IMG/VR virus record: IMGVR_UViG_3300008516_000114
Coordinates: 25,684 to 89,683 of that record
Length of the DNA stretch: 64,000 bases
Origin: a virus
Direction: 5' to 3' (one strand)
Numbering within the stretch: the stretch's first letter is position 1; the number at the start of each line of letters is the position of its first letter. This document shows positions 48,806 through 59,094 of the stretch, piece by piece. The notes under the pieces are model-generated. The model saw only the letters and a program-made list of their open reading frames with translations. It did no database searches and was not told where the DNA came from. A program made the position numbers and the translations under genes.

Positions 48806-48879
48806 TGAAATTTACTAGAGTGGAAAATTTTTCAAGTGAAATCTACTACGAAGAAAAAATTTATTTTGAAATTTACTAC
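48806..48879. repeat. Three phased TGAAAT(T/C)TACTA boxes
   Basis: Starts at 48806, 48837, 48867 in a long AT-rich intergenic region. Confidence 0.75.
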
Positions 48880-49295
48880 TAAAAAACGAATAATATTATA
48901 ATATTTAAGCAAATCAAATAACGTGCCAAAAACCTTTATTTCTTAAAAATGAGTATCATTCTTTCTTCACTTAGAGAACATTCATATTTATACAATTCCC
49001 AAGCAATCGGGAAACCAAATAATTTTTTCCAAATTTCAAAAGATAGATTCCCAATTATCGAATATAATCCAGCAATATTATACATATTTTCACCTTCGTT
49101 TTATTTCAAATTCTCGATAGAGAATTTACGGTAATTAAATCAAAAAGTCAAGTTTTAAATCCTTGATAAACCAATATTTTATATAATTTTTCAGGAATCT
49201 CTATTTAATTTTACCCTACACTTATATATCACACTTGACCCCTCGAAAATTCACACTTATTTTTTATATTTTCAACATTTTACGTAAGATTTTAC

Positions 49296-49326
49296 TTGAC
49301 TTTTTGAATAGAAGTGTTGTAAATTC
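49296..49326 (+). promoter_or_regulatory. Sigma70-type promoter for sigma-like gene
   Basis: TTGACT ... TGTTG-TAAATT; same -35 and extended -10 as the c4 promoter. Confidence 0.6.
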
Positions 49327-49367
49327 ACGTAGTGAATATGAGAAAAAACAACAAAATGGAGGCTAAA

Positions 49368-49955
49368 ATGAAGGCGACAAGAAAAGTATTGTATGACTTT
49401 GTAAGAAAGTCTGTAGGTGATCCAAAGTATTTAGATGGACTTTTGAAAAAACAAGAGGATCACTACTTTGAAACCGCAGTAATACCAATCCTGCATTGGT
49501 ATAGCATGAGGATCACAAAAAAAGATCTGTGGTGCGATGACGTGCAGCAAGCTGGTATGATTGACTATATCACATCCTGGAAACTACAGTATAGCATCAG
49601 CCAAGCCCTCGTACATGCGTACAAGCGCATGTTGTCTTATTACTATCGTACTTGCAGACCTTTGTTATGTCGCAAGACAATTGATATAGTCCAGGAATGC
49701 TGGAACAGAGAGAGCGAATCATTCTTCGATGTCTTCCCAGTAGTCAATGACCTCAATGATGAGGTTGAGTACTTGAATCTTCTATTTGAATTAATGTCAA
49801 GACTTCAAAAAAAAGATACCGATACAGTCTTGTTATTAATCACTGGATATAAGAAAACTGAAATTGCAAAGCATCTCAATATTTGCAAGTCCGAAGTCTC
49901 CCGAAGAGTATACCGAATCAAAAGAGCTGCAAGGTTGATACAAGCAACTCCGTAA
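49368..49955 (+). CDS. Sigma-70-family sigma factor-like protein
   Basis: DDVQQAGMI (region 2-like) and GYKKTEIAKHLNICKSEVSRRVYRIK (region 4 HTH); GGAGG RBS before ATG 49368. Confidence 0.78.
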   Translation: MKATRKVLYDFVRKSVGDPKYLDGLLKKQEDHYFETAVIPILHWYSMRITKKDLWCDDVQQAGMIDYITSWKLQYSISQALVHAYKRMLSYYYRTCRPLLCRKTIDIVQECWNRESESFFDVFPVVNDLNDEVEYLNLLFELMSRLQKKDTDTVLLLITGYKKTEIAKHLNICKSEVSRRVYRIKRAARLIQATP

Positions 49956-49978
49956 ACCAATCAGAAAATAGCCACATC

Positions 49979-50008
49979 AAAGCCAGGTACAATCAACCTG
50001 GCTTTTCT
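49979..50008 (+). terminator. Rho-independent terminator
   Basis: AAAGCCAGGT-ACAATCA-ACCTGGCTTT followed by T-rich sequence. Confidence 0.8.
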
Positions 50009-50239
50009 TATATCTTATATCAAGTCAATCAATATCATCGCTTAGAAGTGATATGAGAGAAGGTTATTTATCGGCAAATTGAATTTACATAGTGTATATA
50101 CGAATACATCCCACAAAATCAAATAGTGCCTTATTTTCTTAAGTCTAATTTTTCACGTCCAGACAAGTGCGATTTGGTAAGTGACGAAACACTTTGATAT
50201 TTAGTAGAGCACTTTAATTATTTCAGCCTTATATTTTAG

Positions 50240-50269
50240 AGTAATACCGGTAATACCAGTAATACCAGT
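50240..50269. repeat. 9-bp tandem repeat x3
   Basis: GTAATACCG GTAATACCA GTAATACCA. Confidence 0.8.
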
Positions 50270-50776
50270 TTAATCGGAATTTATCATCTCTTGTTCAAAC
50301 CGTACGTTAAAACGTACATTATTTTATAGTGCCAAAAAATAGCCTTCTTTAATTATTATAATTAAGGAAGTTGCATTTAATCATATAATTAATAATAGTT
50401 TAGGTGGGGCAGTATTGCATAACAGAAGCCCAGCCCCTGAAAAATGGGTCAGGTACTCAATACGGCAATTTGTTTGATTTTTTTTGTATATAGGTTAATA
50501 TTCCGTTAGTAATTTTTTGCAATGCTTATCCAATAGTGATAAGTTACGCAACAGATTCCTTAACACAGTATTTATTTATTGCCTGTTTTTACTGTTATTC
50601 CAATAAATACTCTTGATCATTGCTGAATTACAACATATAAATAGGATTGTATGCATCATATTACTGTTATAAGAGGAAAATTTTATAAACAACTTTATAT
50701 TTGCAATTTACTACATTTTGTGTAGCTTTGTGCAAATGGAATGAAAAAGGGTAAGCCAAATAGAGGTTTTCTAAAT

Positions 50777-50847
50777 GTCTTCATAATTTAATGGCAGAAT
50801 ACCAGATTCCCAATCTGGAGATGGGGGTTCGATTCCCATTGAGGACT
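50777..50847 (+). tRNA. tRNA-Gly(CCC), slightly degenerate
   Basis: GTCTTCA/TGAGGAC acceptor, CCAGA-TTCCCAA-TCTGG anticodon arm, GGTTCGATTCC T loop, U discriminator; one T-stem mismatch, no CCA. Confidence 0.8.
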
Positions 50848-50984
50848 CGGTTTGTATTGCATAGAATTAATATCAGTTGGCAAAGCAGTTGATATAATTT
50901 CCACGCAGATATTGTTAATCATTGACTATATAGTATCAATAAACAATATTAAAAATATAGTTATCAACAATTATTGTATAGAAA

Positions 50985-52466
50985 TTACTTAATGTCTATT
51001 TTGATTGGTGATTTCTCAAAGATATAATAGATTAAAATATAATCATTAAAATAATCAATATGCTTAATCAGACAATGAACAAGATTAAACTTCTTTTGAA
51101 ATTCATAATCATCAAATTGTTGTATTCTATTCTTAATAACATCAAAACTAATTAGGGGAGAATCTAATCTTTCCTTTTCAACAATAATATCAACTTCCAT
51201 TCTATTAATTAATTCAGATAACTTAATCAAACGATCCTTAATAGAATTCAGATTAATCCCATTCTCTATAGCGCTAATTAAATTAGACTGTTTTTCTTTG
51301 AATCCTGATAACTGCTGATAAAGAACTGATAAATTATCGTTTATCCTTTCACTATTGGAATATTTATTATAAGCCTTCTCAAGTTTAGTGATATCGAAAT
51401 AATTAGATTTCAGATCGGCAAGGATATTAGTTTCTATTATATCATAGGATATACCCTTGAATTCTGAACATATCTTATTCTTCCTACCACGGCAGAATAT
51501 ACCTAAATAATCGTGTTTGCGTTCAAATGATGAATTTTTATAATGATATATTCCTTTAGGTGAAATATTAAGATATATTTTATGATGGCAGAAGCCACAG
51601 AAAAGGATTGACATAAAAAGGTTTTCGTATTTCGGTTTTGAATTATTATGATAGACATAAATTTTCTTTTGTTTTGAGGCTTTAAGATTTTTCAAATAGA
51701 TATTATATGGAATAATAGGCTGAATATTCTTTGCTTGAATTATTACTTTTTGCGAATTAAACATTTTGCCAGAATAGATAAGGCGCTGTCTAAGACGTAT
51801 TAACGAACCTATAAGATACCTTTTACCTGTTTTAGACAAAATCTTCTTTTCGACGAGATGAAGGAATAAGCGATAATTAGTCAAGTGATATTGATTGAGT
51901 ATATATTTAACTATGGGTGCACGTATAGGGTCTTTGACAAGTTTCTTCTGATTTCTGTCCCATAAGAAACCGTCAGGTGGATTAGGGGCAGCGGATAGAT
52001 ATATGCCAGAATCTCTGGCAATTTTAAAGGAGCGTAGTTGCTCCTTTTTGCGTTTCTTTTTCTCATCTTCAGCACCATAAAATTTAACTATGGATAATAT
52101 AAGATCGCCTAAATGAAGTGGATTAACTCTCTCGTCAGGGGTGGCAATACCAATATTATGCTCACGCAGGATTGAGAGAAGCCATAGACCAAGATTAACT
52201 GAACGCAAAGAGCGATCAATCTCCCTCACTATCATCCAGCCGTTATCATAATATCCAGTTCCGACTTTTTCAATAGCATTCTGGAATATATATCTTACAT
52301 TTTGTTTTGAAGTTGAAGCAATGCCTTCGTCGAAAATATCCGATTTGTTAAAGTGCCAGTCTTGAGATTTGGCAAAAGCAGGTAGGTCTCTACGCTGTGC
52401 TTCAAGCGAATATCCCACCGATTGCGATTTTGTAGACACACGGATTATAATGAAGCAATTAGTCAT
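50985..52466 (-). CDS. Large serine recombinase (integrase)
   Basis: IRVST..Q catalytic motif, EIDR..R, recombinase domain, CGFC zinc ribbon, coiled coil. Confidence 0.93.
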   Translation of the reverse strand: MTNCFIIIRVSTKSQSVGYSLEAQRRDLPAFAKSQDWHFNKSDIFDEGIASTSKQNVRYIFQNAIEKVGTGYYDNGWMIVREIDRSLRSVNLGLWLLSILREHNIGIATPDERVNPLHLGDLILSIVKFYGAEDEKKKRKKEQLRSFKIARDSGIYLSAAPNPPDGFLWDRNQKKLVKDPIRAPIVKYILNQYHLTNYRLFLHLVEKKILSKTGKRYLIGSLIRLRQRLIYSGKMFNSQKVIIQAKNIQPIIPYNIYLKNLKASKQKKIYVYHNNSKPKYENLFMSILFCGFCHHKIYLNISPKGIYHYKNSSFERKHDYLGIFCRGRKNKICSEFKGISYDIIETNILADLKSNYFDITKLEKAYNKYSNSERINDNLSVLYQQLSGFKEKQSNLISAIENGINLNSIKDRLIKLSELINRMEVDIIVEKERLDSPLISFDVIKNRIQQFDDYEFQKKFNLVHCLIKHIDYFNDYILIYYIFEKSPIKIDIK

Positions 52467-53046
52467 CAGCTAAGGATTGGCGGTAAAGAATTAACAGTCC
52501 CTTATATATATCTATTGTTGGGGGAAATTCAATAGGAAATTTGATATCGGAAAGTATATCAATTTCATACTTACTTGGTTTGTATATAAGTCGCACTTCT
52601 ATATCATATAGAAAATCTTTGAAAACATTATCTGATGAATATTCTAATGATGGCTCTTTTAATCCCTCTATCGTATCTGTTTTTTTTGTATAGCCCAAAA
52701 GTTTTTCAAAATCAATACCATATTTATCTTTTATATCTATAGTAATTAATTCTTTGCCTTTCAATGGAATATGTAGACCTCCGATTTCATCAAGAACCTT
52801 CCATACAATATAGTTGTATTTTTCCGGTTTAGGAGGCAAGGATTCTCTAGTTGCTTTGCCTATCCAATTATTGATGGTTTCCCGACTTTCATCTAGTATT
52901 CTCGCTTTGTGGGCAAGATTAATTGAAGTATCATTTCTAAATCTTTGTATGACTGTAAAAAGATATTCAAGATTTTCTTTAAAGAATTGTCTTTTATCTT
53001 GATATTCTTTAGTGCCTTTTATTCTCGGTTTCATATTTTTTTTCAC
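52459..53046 (-). CDS. Probable immunity repressor
   Basis: ARILDESRETINNW HTH-like segment; co-transcribed with the integrase and divergent from the early operon. Confidence 0.55.
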   Translation of the reverse strand: MKKNMKPRIKGTKEYQDKRQFFKENLEYLFTVIQRFRNDTSINLAHKARILDESRETINNWIGKATRESLPPKPEKYNYIVWKVLDEIGGLHIPLKGKELITIDIKDKYGIDFEKLLGYTKKTDTIEGLKEPSLEYSSDNVFKDFLYDIEVRLIYKPSKYEIDILSDIKFPIEFPPTIDIYKGLLILYRQSLADD

Positions 53047-53281
53047 CTCCCTTTAATTATTTTCTTGCATTATTTCACACTATTTCGTAATTTCTCTCGG
53101 TATGTGTAAGAAAAGTAAATTATCACTAATAAATACTCCCACAAATGTCTGAGAGAAAAATCAATCCACAGGCTTTTCATATTGTATTGAATTTCTTGTT
53201 GGAAAACATGACTCCACATAAAAAGAATCTACAACATATAACAAAAAAAATCAACAAAAAAAGAATAAATAATAAACAATA

Positions 53282-53593
53282 ATGGTTGTAAAATTCACGT
53301 TTATACCCGATAAAAAGCAAATAAAGGAACAATCAAATACCTATAATATCAACAAAATAATTTATGGGGAGATTAAGATGTTAAATAATGAGGAAAAAGA
53401 AAAGTTCTTCAGGGATTGGTCAAATATTTCAAGGAGAATAAGATTATTGGATGGTAATCTGGCAGGATTAGTCTGCCGCTGTCATCTTTATAGTGGTGAA
53501 GAATTAGAACCTTTTATTTCGGACATCAAAGATGAACTAAAAGAGATATCAACATTGATTGAGAATCATTTCGATACGGCATTAGAAGATTAA
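53282..53593 (+). CDS. Hypothetical protein (start may be ATG 53378)
   Basis: GGGGAG RBS before the internal Met. Confidence 0.6.
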   Translation: MVVKFTFIPDKKQIKEQSNTYNINKIIYGEIKMLNNEEKEKFFRDWSNISRRIRLLDGNLAGLVCRCHLYSGEELEPFISDIKDELKEISTLIENHFDTALED

Positions 53594-53594
53594 T

Positions 53595-53861
53595 ATGCTA
53601 CATATACCAACAGCAAAGAAGCGTTTAATCAAAGCGATTGACAGCTATCTCCAGTATGCCGATAAAATAAAGGAGATAGGAAGCAATCGTTATACGGTAA
53701 ATAATGGGGCGGATACTTACGTTGTGGATATGAATTTATTTAACTGTACCTGTATAGACAATCAACGCCGTGGTTCTGAAACACCATGCAAACATATCAT
53801 TATGGTATTTCTGTATAGATACTTTATGATGAAGCAGGAGTTAGAAGAATTGCCGATATGA
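53595..53861 (+). CDS. SWIM zinc-finger protein
   Basis: CTCID...CKHI. Confidence 0.88.
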   Translation: MLHIPTAKKRLIKAIDSYLQYADKIKEIGSNRYTVNNGADTYVVDMNLFNCTCIDNQRRGSETPCKHIIMVFLYRYFMMKQELEELPI

Positions 53862-55142
53862 TTGATGATATATCACTTTACAATGAACTTAAAAATGAAA
53901 ATAGGAGATAAAATGAAAGTATTTTGTTTAGATTTAATAAAAGACAGGGTTCAAAATATAGTTAATGATTTATCTAATCCAAAATGTTTTGATCAAAATT
54001 CCGAAACTGTCCAGCAAGATATTAAAGCACTTAATTCCATATTGAAGAAGGGAAGAATTCCAGACTGGAGTGGTAGACTATCTAATATTGAAGAACTTTA
54101 CCAAGAAAAGATTCATTTAGAGTTTGAGATAAATAAATTGCTGGCGGATTTTTTAAAGAAATTGCCGACGCAGTGTGATTTAAAAACACGAATTATCCAA
54201 TTTACAGATCGTCATGGTAAAGTATTAAAACTTAATGTTGAATTAATTTACAAATAAAGAATGGAAGAGAAGATAATGGAAGATTTATGTGAACAATGTT
54301 ATTATCGAGAAAAAAGCAGGCAGGCTTGCGAAGAAGCTCTAAAAATTAATCCAAGTGATGATGGAATAGTCTGTGATCCTGCTCCCAGAGCAGAATGCAA
54401 AGAACACAAATTATACGGCAAAGAAATAAAAAATAAGATTGTTTGTGAAGATTTTAGATTATTAAAAGGATCAGAAAAATTTGAATATTTAATGAAAGTA
54501 GGACTCCCAAGAAAAGCAATGTGGGTAATGAGCAGTTTTTAATGAGAATGAAATGAAAAAGAAGACATTAGAAGATATTTTAGAACCTCTAAAAGAATGT
54601 GATTTTCAATTATTAGAGGATATATCAAAGAATTTAATGGGATAAGGTGGCGAAAATATGGAGGTCGGAATAATGCTTCATAGAGCCATAATATATTTGA
54701 TTAACGAGGATTTAAAAAAGCAGGATTTTTAACATTGTGAGGCTTGTGGCTTTCTATTATAATGGCTAAAAGATGCGATTGCAGGTTATGCAGGTTCAAA
54801 TCCTGTCAAGCCTCACAGTAATTTATTAAAAGGAGAAATAAAATGTTAAGCAAAAAAATGATTAGGCATGAAATGATTGGAGAAATCGAAAGGCTAGAGG
54901 CCCAAATTCAAAAATTAAACGACCAAGTATTTGGTAGGTTTGATGTTCCGGCTTTTTTTAAAGATTATCAAACGAAAAAACAAAAGGGATCAAGAATAGA
55001 CCAATCTATTGAAGCAATTAATAAGAATACTAAAAAATTCAATGTCCTAATGGATAAACTTAATTATGAGTTTATTGAAGAGAATGATTGCCCTGTTTTT
55101 AAAGTAAAAGTAAAACCTTCAACAAAAGACAAGGAGAAATAA
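53862..55142 (+). CDS. Small hypothetical genes (53862-54257, 54261-54542 Cys-rich, 54843-55142)
   Basis: Co-oriented ORFs with RBSs. Confidence 0.65.
54733..54819 (+). ncRNA. tRNA-like structured element, copy A
   Basis: 13-bp ATTGTGAGGCTTG/CAAGCCTCACAGT stem plus canonical T arm GCAGG-TTCAAAT-CCTGT; no normal anticodon arm. Confidence 0.7.
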
Positions 55143-55143
55143 A

Positions 55144-56175
55144 ATGGCAGAAGATTTATTTGAAGATAGTAGGTACGCTGAAGATTATAAAAAATCAAAG
55201 GAACCACCAAATCCAGTTGAAAAACCAAAAGCAGACATAAAGACAACAGAGAAAATCAAACAAGAAAAATCTCAACCCCCAAAAGAATTAAAACCAGTAA
55301 AAAAAGAATTGGTAAAAGTTGAAGATTCGGGATTGCCATCTGAGATAAAACTTGCTAATGGTGATATTATTACACTTCGGCATAAAACATTTAAACTAAC
55401 AGAAGAAAGAAAACAATTATATCATGTACAAGATGATTATCGTATAACAGCAGATGGGTACTACTATGTAAATAAATTTGCAAATATTAATATATTAACG
55501 CCCCCAATAATAATTGTTGATGGTGTAGAACAGCCCAATCCTTATCCACTTAGAGATAAAAAAAACGGTTGTTTAATAATGATTACAGTCAAAAAAATCG
55601 CATTTGGTAGAGCACCAACAGGTAATTTAGTAGCAATAGATCAGACTTTATTTTTTTCACCACGATCTTATCTTAAACAGAGATTAATTCATCTTTGTAG
55701 AAAATTTCCTGCTTTAGCAGAAATGAGAACAAAATTATCATTATCCGTTGATGAAGAAAAGAATTGTCATTTTGAAGAAATTATTACTGGTTTGGGTGTA
55801 TTAATCAAAAATATTAGCCATGGAGAATTTTTAAAAGAATTAGATGCTTTTGAAAATAATCAGATATTTGGTGATCGCAAGGCAACAACAATATGTGAAC
55901 GCAATTGCCTTCGGAAACATCCGGCGATAGGGGTATCTAATGTGCAACTTATCGGAAGTGGTCATAATGCTTATGCACAGGTAACAAGTTATGCTTTCGG
56001 TGAGACAGAGAAAAGCCGTGATAAAATCAGCCATCTATCACAAATGATAGAAAAAGGTAAAATCGAAGAACTGCAAGATATAGAAGTTATAAAATCAGTA
56101 GATACAGTAGATACAGCAGAAAAGGTCGAAGAAGCAGAGGTTATCCCTACAGAAGAAAACAAAAAAGATAATTAA
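55144..56175 (+). CDS. Hypothetical protein, possible DNA annealing/recombination protein
   Basis: 343 aa; ITADGY and RKATTICERNCLRK resemble annealase-type cores; early-region position. Confidence 0.4.
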   Translation: MAEDLFEDSRYAEDYKKSKEPPNPVEKPKADIKTTEKIKQEKSQPPKELKPVKKELVKVEDSGLPSEIKLANGDIITLRHKTFKLTEERKQLYHVQDDYRITADGYYYVNKFANINILTPPIIIVDGVEQPNPYPLRDKKNGCLIMITVKKIAFGRAPTGNLVAIDQTLFFSPRSYLKQRLIHLCRKFPALAEMRTKLSLSVDEEKNCHFEEIITGLGVLIKNISHGEFLKELDAFENNQIFGDRKATTICERNCLRKHPAIGVSNVQLIGSGHNAYAQVTSYAFGETEKSRDKISHLSQMIEKGKIEELQDIEVIKSVDTVDTAEKVEEAEVIPTEENKKDN

Positions 56176-56176
56176 T

Positions 56177-57472
56177 ATGGATATAGTAAGACGGGGTGGC
56201 AAAACAGGCAGGAAAGTCGGCAGGAATATAAAGAAACCAGCAAAGATGAGGTATCTCGCAGAACGCAGATGGATAACCAATAAGGCAATAAAGATTTTTA
56301 AGTATATGAAAAAACACCCTAAATGGAAACCAGAAGGACTCGATCCTTTGGTTAATAAAGAAATCAATGAGTTAAGAAAGAAGTATAAAAAATGAAATGG
56401 ACTTTTATTGACAATAGTGACTTTATTGAAGCACAATTTTCAAAGAGAGAAAAAGGTTATTGGATTGTCTGGTTGCCTGGAAGTGGAGAACCTCAAAGGA
56501 AACATGAATCTTGTATCGAGGCACGAAATGAGGCGAAACGATTAGCAGAAAGCAATCCTGGAAAGCAATTTATTGTCCTTCATACCGATTCTGCTTATTC
56601 AATCTCAAAACAAGAAGCAATATTTTATCATTAAGGGGTTTGTAATGAAATTATATGAAGCAACAAACGGAATCGAGGGCTGCTCGTATATGAGGGTATA
56701 TGTCTGGGCAGAGAATGGAAAACAAGCAATTGATATGGCAAATGCTGAATTTAAAAAGTGGAAAATAGATAAAGTGAGTAATATAAAAGAATTGTTTGAC
56801 AGTGATACAAAACCTTTTTGCTCGAAACCAAGTGATGAAGGCTTTGAACTTTAGAAACGGAGAATCCAATGGGTATGTTATATATCGACGGCAAGGAACT
56901 TGAATATATACCTAATCCTCATTGCACTCAATGTTGGGGCAAAAAAGGATACATAAGACAAATTAATCCCGCAAGCAAGGATGTAACACTTAAACCATGC
57001 GGCTGCGTGAAATTGCGAATTAAGAGAACCAATGCTTCGCCTACGGCCACGCAGGGCAGGAAGGATAAAGATGGAAAATGAAAAAAAGTCCTGCAATTTA
57101 GAATTAGCAATTAAACTTAAAGATTTGGGATTTAAACAAGATGCTCAATTCGGATGGTATGATGCTCAAATTGCGAAAGTCATAAAATCTAAAAAAGAAG
57201 TATCAAGGAGAGAATTTGAAAGCGGTCAAGTAGAATATGTTTTGATAGCAGATGCTCCTACTGTAGCCGAACTCGGAGAGAGATTACCCAAAGATTTTTG
57301 CTCAATGAAGACAGCTTTTAAAGATAAAAAAAGAAGATGGATGTGTGGATCACCTTTATTTTATGCTGATGATCATTATGGTGTAATAAATTTTGTAAAA
57401 TATCAGTATGCAAAAACCGAAGCAGATGCAAGGGCAAAGGTTATTATTGCTGATTTGGAAGATAAGAAATGA
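56177..57472 (+). CDS. Cluster of small hypothetical genes (56177-56395, 56392-56634, 56645-56854, 56869-57081, 57071-57472)
   Basis: Coupled ORFs; EAKRLAESNPG, C..CWG...KPCGC and APTVAELGERLP motifs typical of phage early proteins. Confidence 0.7.
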
Positions 57473-59094
57473 CTGAGCCTTATTATCAGCACAAAGGGAT
57501 AACGATATATAATGGTGATTGCTTGGAGATATTACCAGAATTGACTGATAATAGTATTGATATGCTACTGACCGATCCACCTTATGGCTATTCATTTATG
57601 GGTAAAGATTGGGACAAAGCAGTATCAGGTGTAGAAATATGGAAGGAATGTTTAAGAGTATTAAAGCCAGGTGCTTTTTGTTTTGTAATGTCTGCACCGA
57701 GACAAGATGTTTTAAGCAGAATAATTGTCAATTTAGGAGATGCAGGATTCAGAACTGATTTTACAAGTATCTATTGGGCTTATGCCAGCGGATTTCCAAA
57801 GGCGATGTCAATTTCAAAAGCTGTTGACAAGAGGGGTGGCAAATATCTCGGATGGTTTATTGATTATATCCTTGAGATTGCAAAACAAAAAGGAATTAGC
57901 AGAAAAGAGTTAACAAATTTATTCCTAAGTAAAAATGGTAAACCTACTGGATGGCTTTGGAATAAACAATATACTCAAGCAATAACGGTTGAGCAATATA
58001 ATAAGATTAAAAATTATCTTGACTTACCATTTGAGAATATAGAAGAAGCCGAAAGAGAGATTATTGGTAGAAAACAAACTGGTGATCCCGTTAATTGGTT
58101 CGCTAATCAAGATACTAAACCCAGAGATGGCTTAGTAGATATAACTGCTTCAGCTACCCCCCAAGCCAAAGCACTTGATGGTTCGTATGCTGGATTTCAA
58201 CCCAAGCCTGCAGTGGAAGTTATAATTGTCTGTATAAAGCCCTTATCTGAAAAGACTTATGTTGACCAAGCTTTGAAGAATAGAAAGGGAATAACATGGC
58301 TGGACGATTGTATAATACCGTATGAAAGTAAGGTGGATAAAGAAACAGCAAGACCTGGTGGTAAAATAACGACAGCAATGGGAAGTTTTGTTAGTAGAAG
58401 TGGCGGGAAAATAGTAGAAAGAGAAAATAGAACTTATCAACCAAAAGGTCGCTTCCCAGCCAATCTATTAGTAAGTGATGATGTTCTAAATGATGGAACG
58501 AATCACATTTCTGGTAAAATGGATTGTGTTGCAAAAAACGATTTTGATAAAAGTATATGCTATGGAAAATATAATCCACATCCTGCAGTAACTCAAAAAT
58601 CAGAAGGCTCATTTAGTAGATTTTTTGACCTTGATGCTTGGGATAAAAGAGAAAGAGATAACTTTCCATTTATAATTGTACCAAAAGCATCCAAGAGTGA
58701 GAAGAATAGGGGGCTGATTGGTGAGGTTAATCCGATACCGTATTCGGAGTATCGAGAAAACTTTGATACCACAAAAAGTTATGTTTCGGAATATCCAGAT
58801 GGTAAACCAAGACCAATGAACAAAAGTATAAACAATCATCCAACTTGTAAGCCTATTAAACTTATGCGTTATTTAATTACACTCGCAAGCCGAAAGGGTG
58901 ATTTAATCCTTGACCCATTTATGGGGAGTGGAACGACAGGTATTGCTTGTAAATCAACAAATAGAAAATTCATCGGAATAGAAATAGAAAACTCAGAGGA
59001 AAATAAATATTGCGAAATGGCAAAATTAAGAATAATTGCTATGCAAAGTTTATCACAAGAAGAATTATTTAAAATAAAAAGGAGTATTTTATGA
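57469..59094 (+). CDS. Amino (N6A/N4C) DNA methyltransferase, beta class
   Basis: TDPPY near the N-terminus; HPTCKP and DPFMGSGTTG near the C-terminus. Confidence 0.95.
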   Translation: MTEPYYQHKGITIYNGDCLEILPELTDNSIDMLLTDPPYGYSFMGKDWDKAVSGVEIWKECLRVLKPGAFCFVMSAPRQDVLSRIIVNLGDAGFRTDFTSIYWAYASGFPKAMSISKAVDKRGGKYLGWFIDYILEIAKQKGISRKELTNLFLSKNGKPTGWLWNKQYTQAITVEQYNKIKNYLDLPFENIEEAEREIIGRKQTGDPVNWFANQDTKPRDGLVDITASATPQAKALDGSYAGFQPKPAVEVIIVCIKPLSEKTYVDQALKNRKGITWLDDCIIPYESKVDKETARPGGKITTAMGSFVSRSGGKIVERENRTYQPKGRFPANLLVSDDVLNDGTNHISGKMDCVAKNDFDKSICYGKYNPHPAVTQKSEGSFSRFFDLDAWDKRERDNFPFIIVPKASKSEKNRGLIGEVNPIPYSEYRENFDTTKSYVSEYPDGKPRPMNKSINNHPTCKPIKLMRYLITLASRKGDLILDPFMGSGTTGIACKSTNRKFIGIEIENSEENKYCEMAKLRIIAMQSLSQEELFKIKRSIL

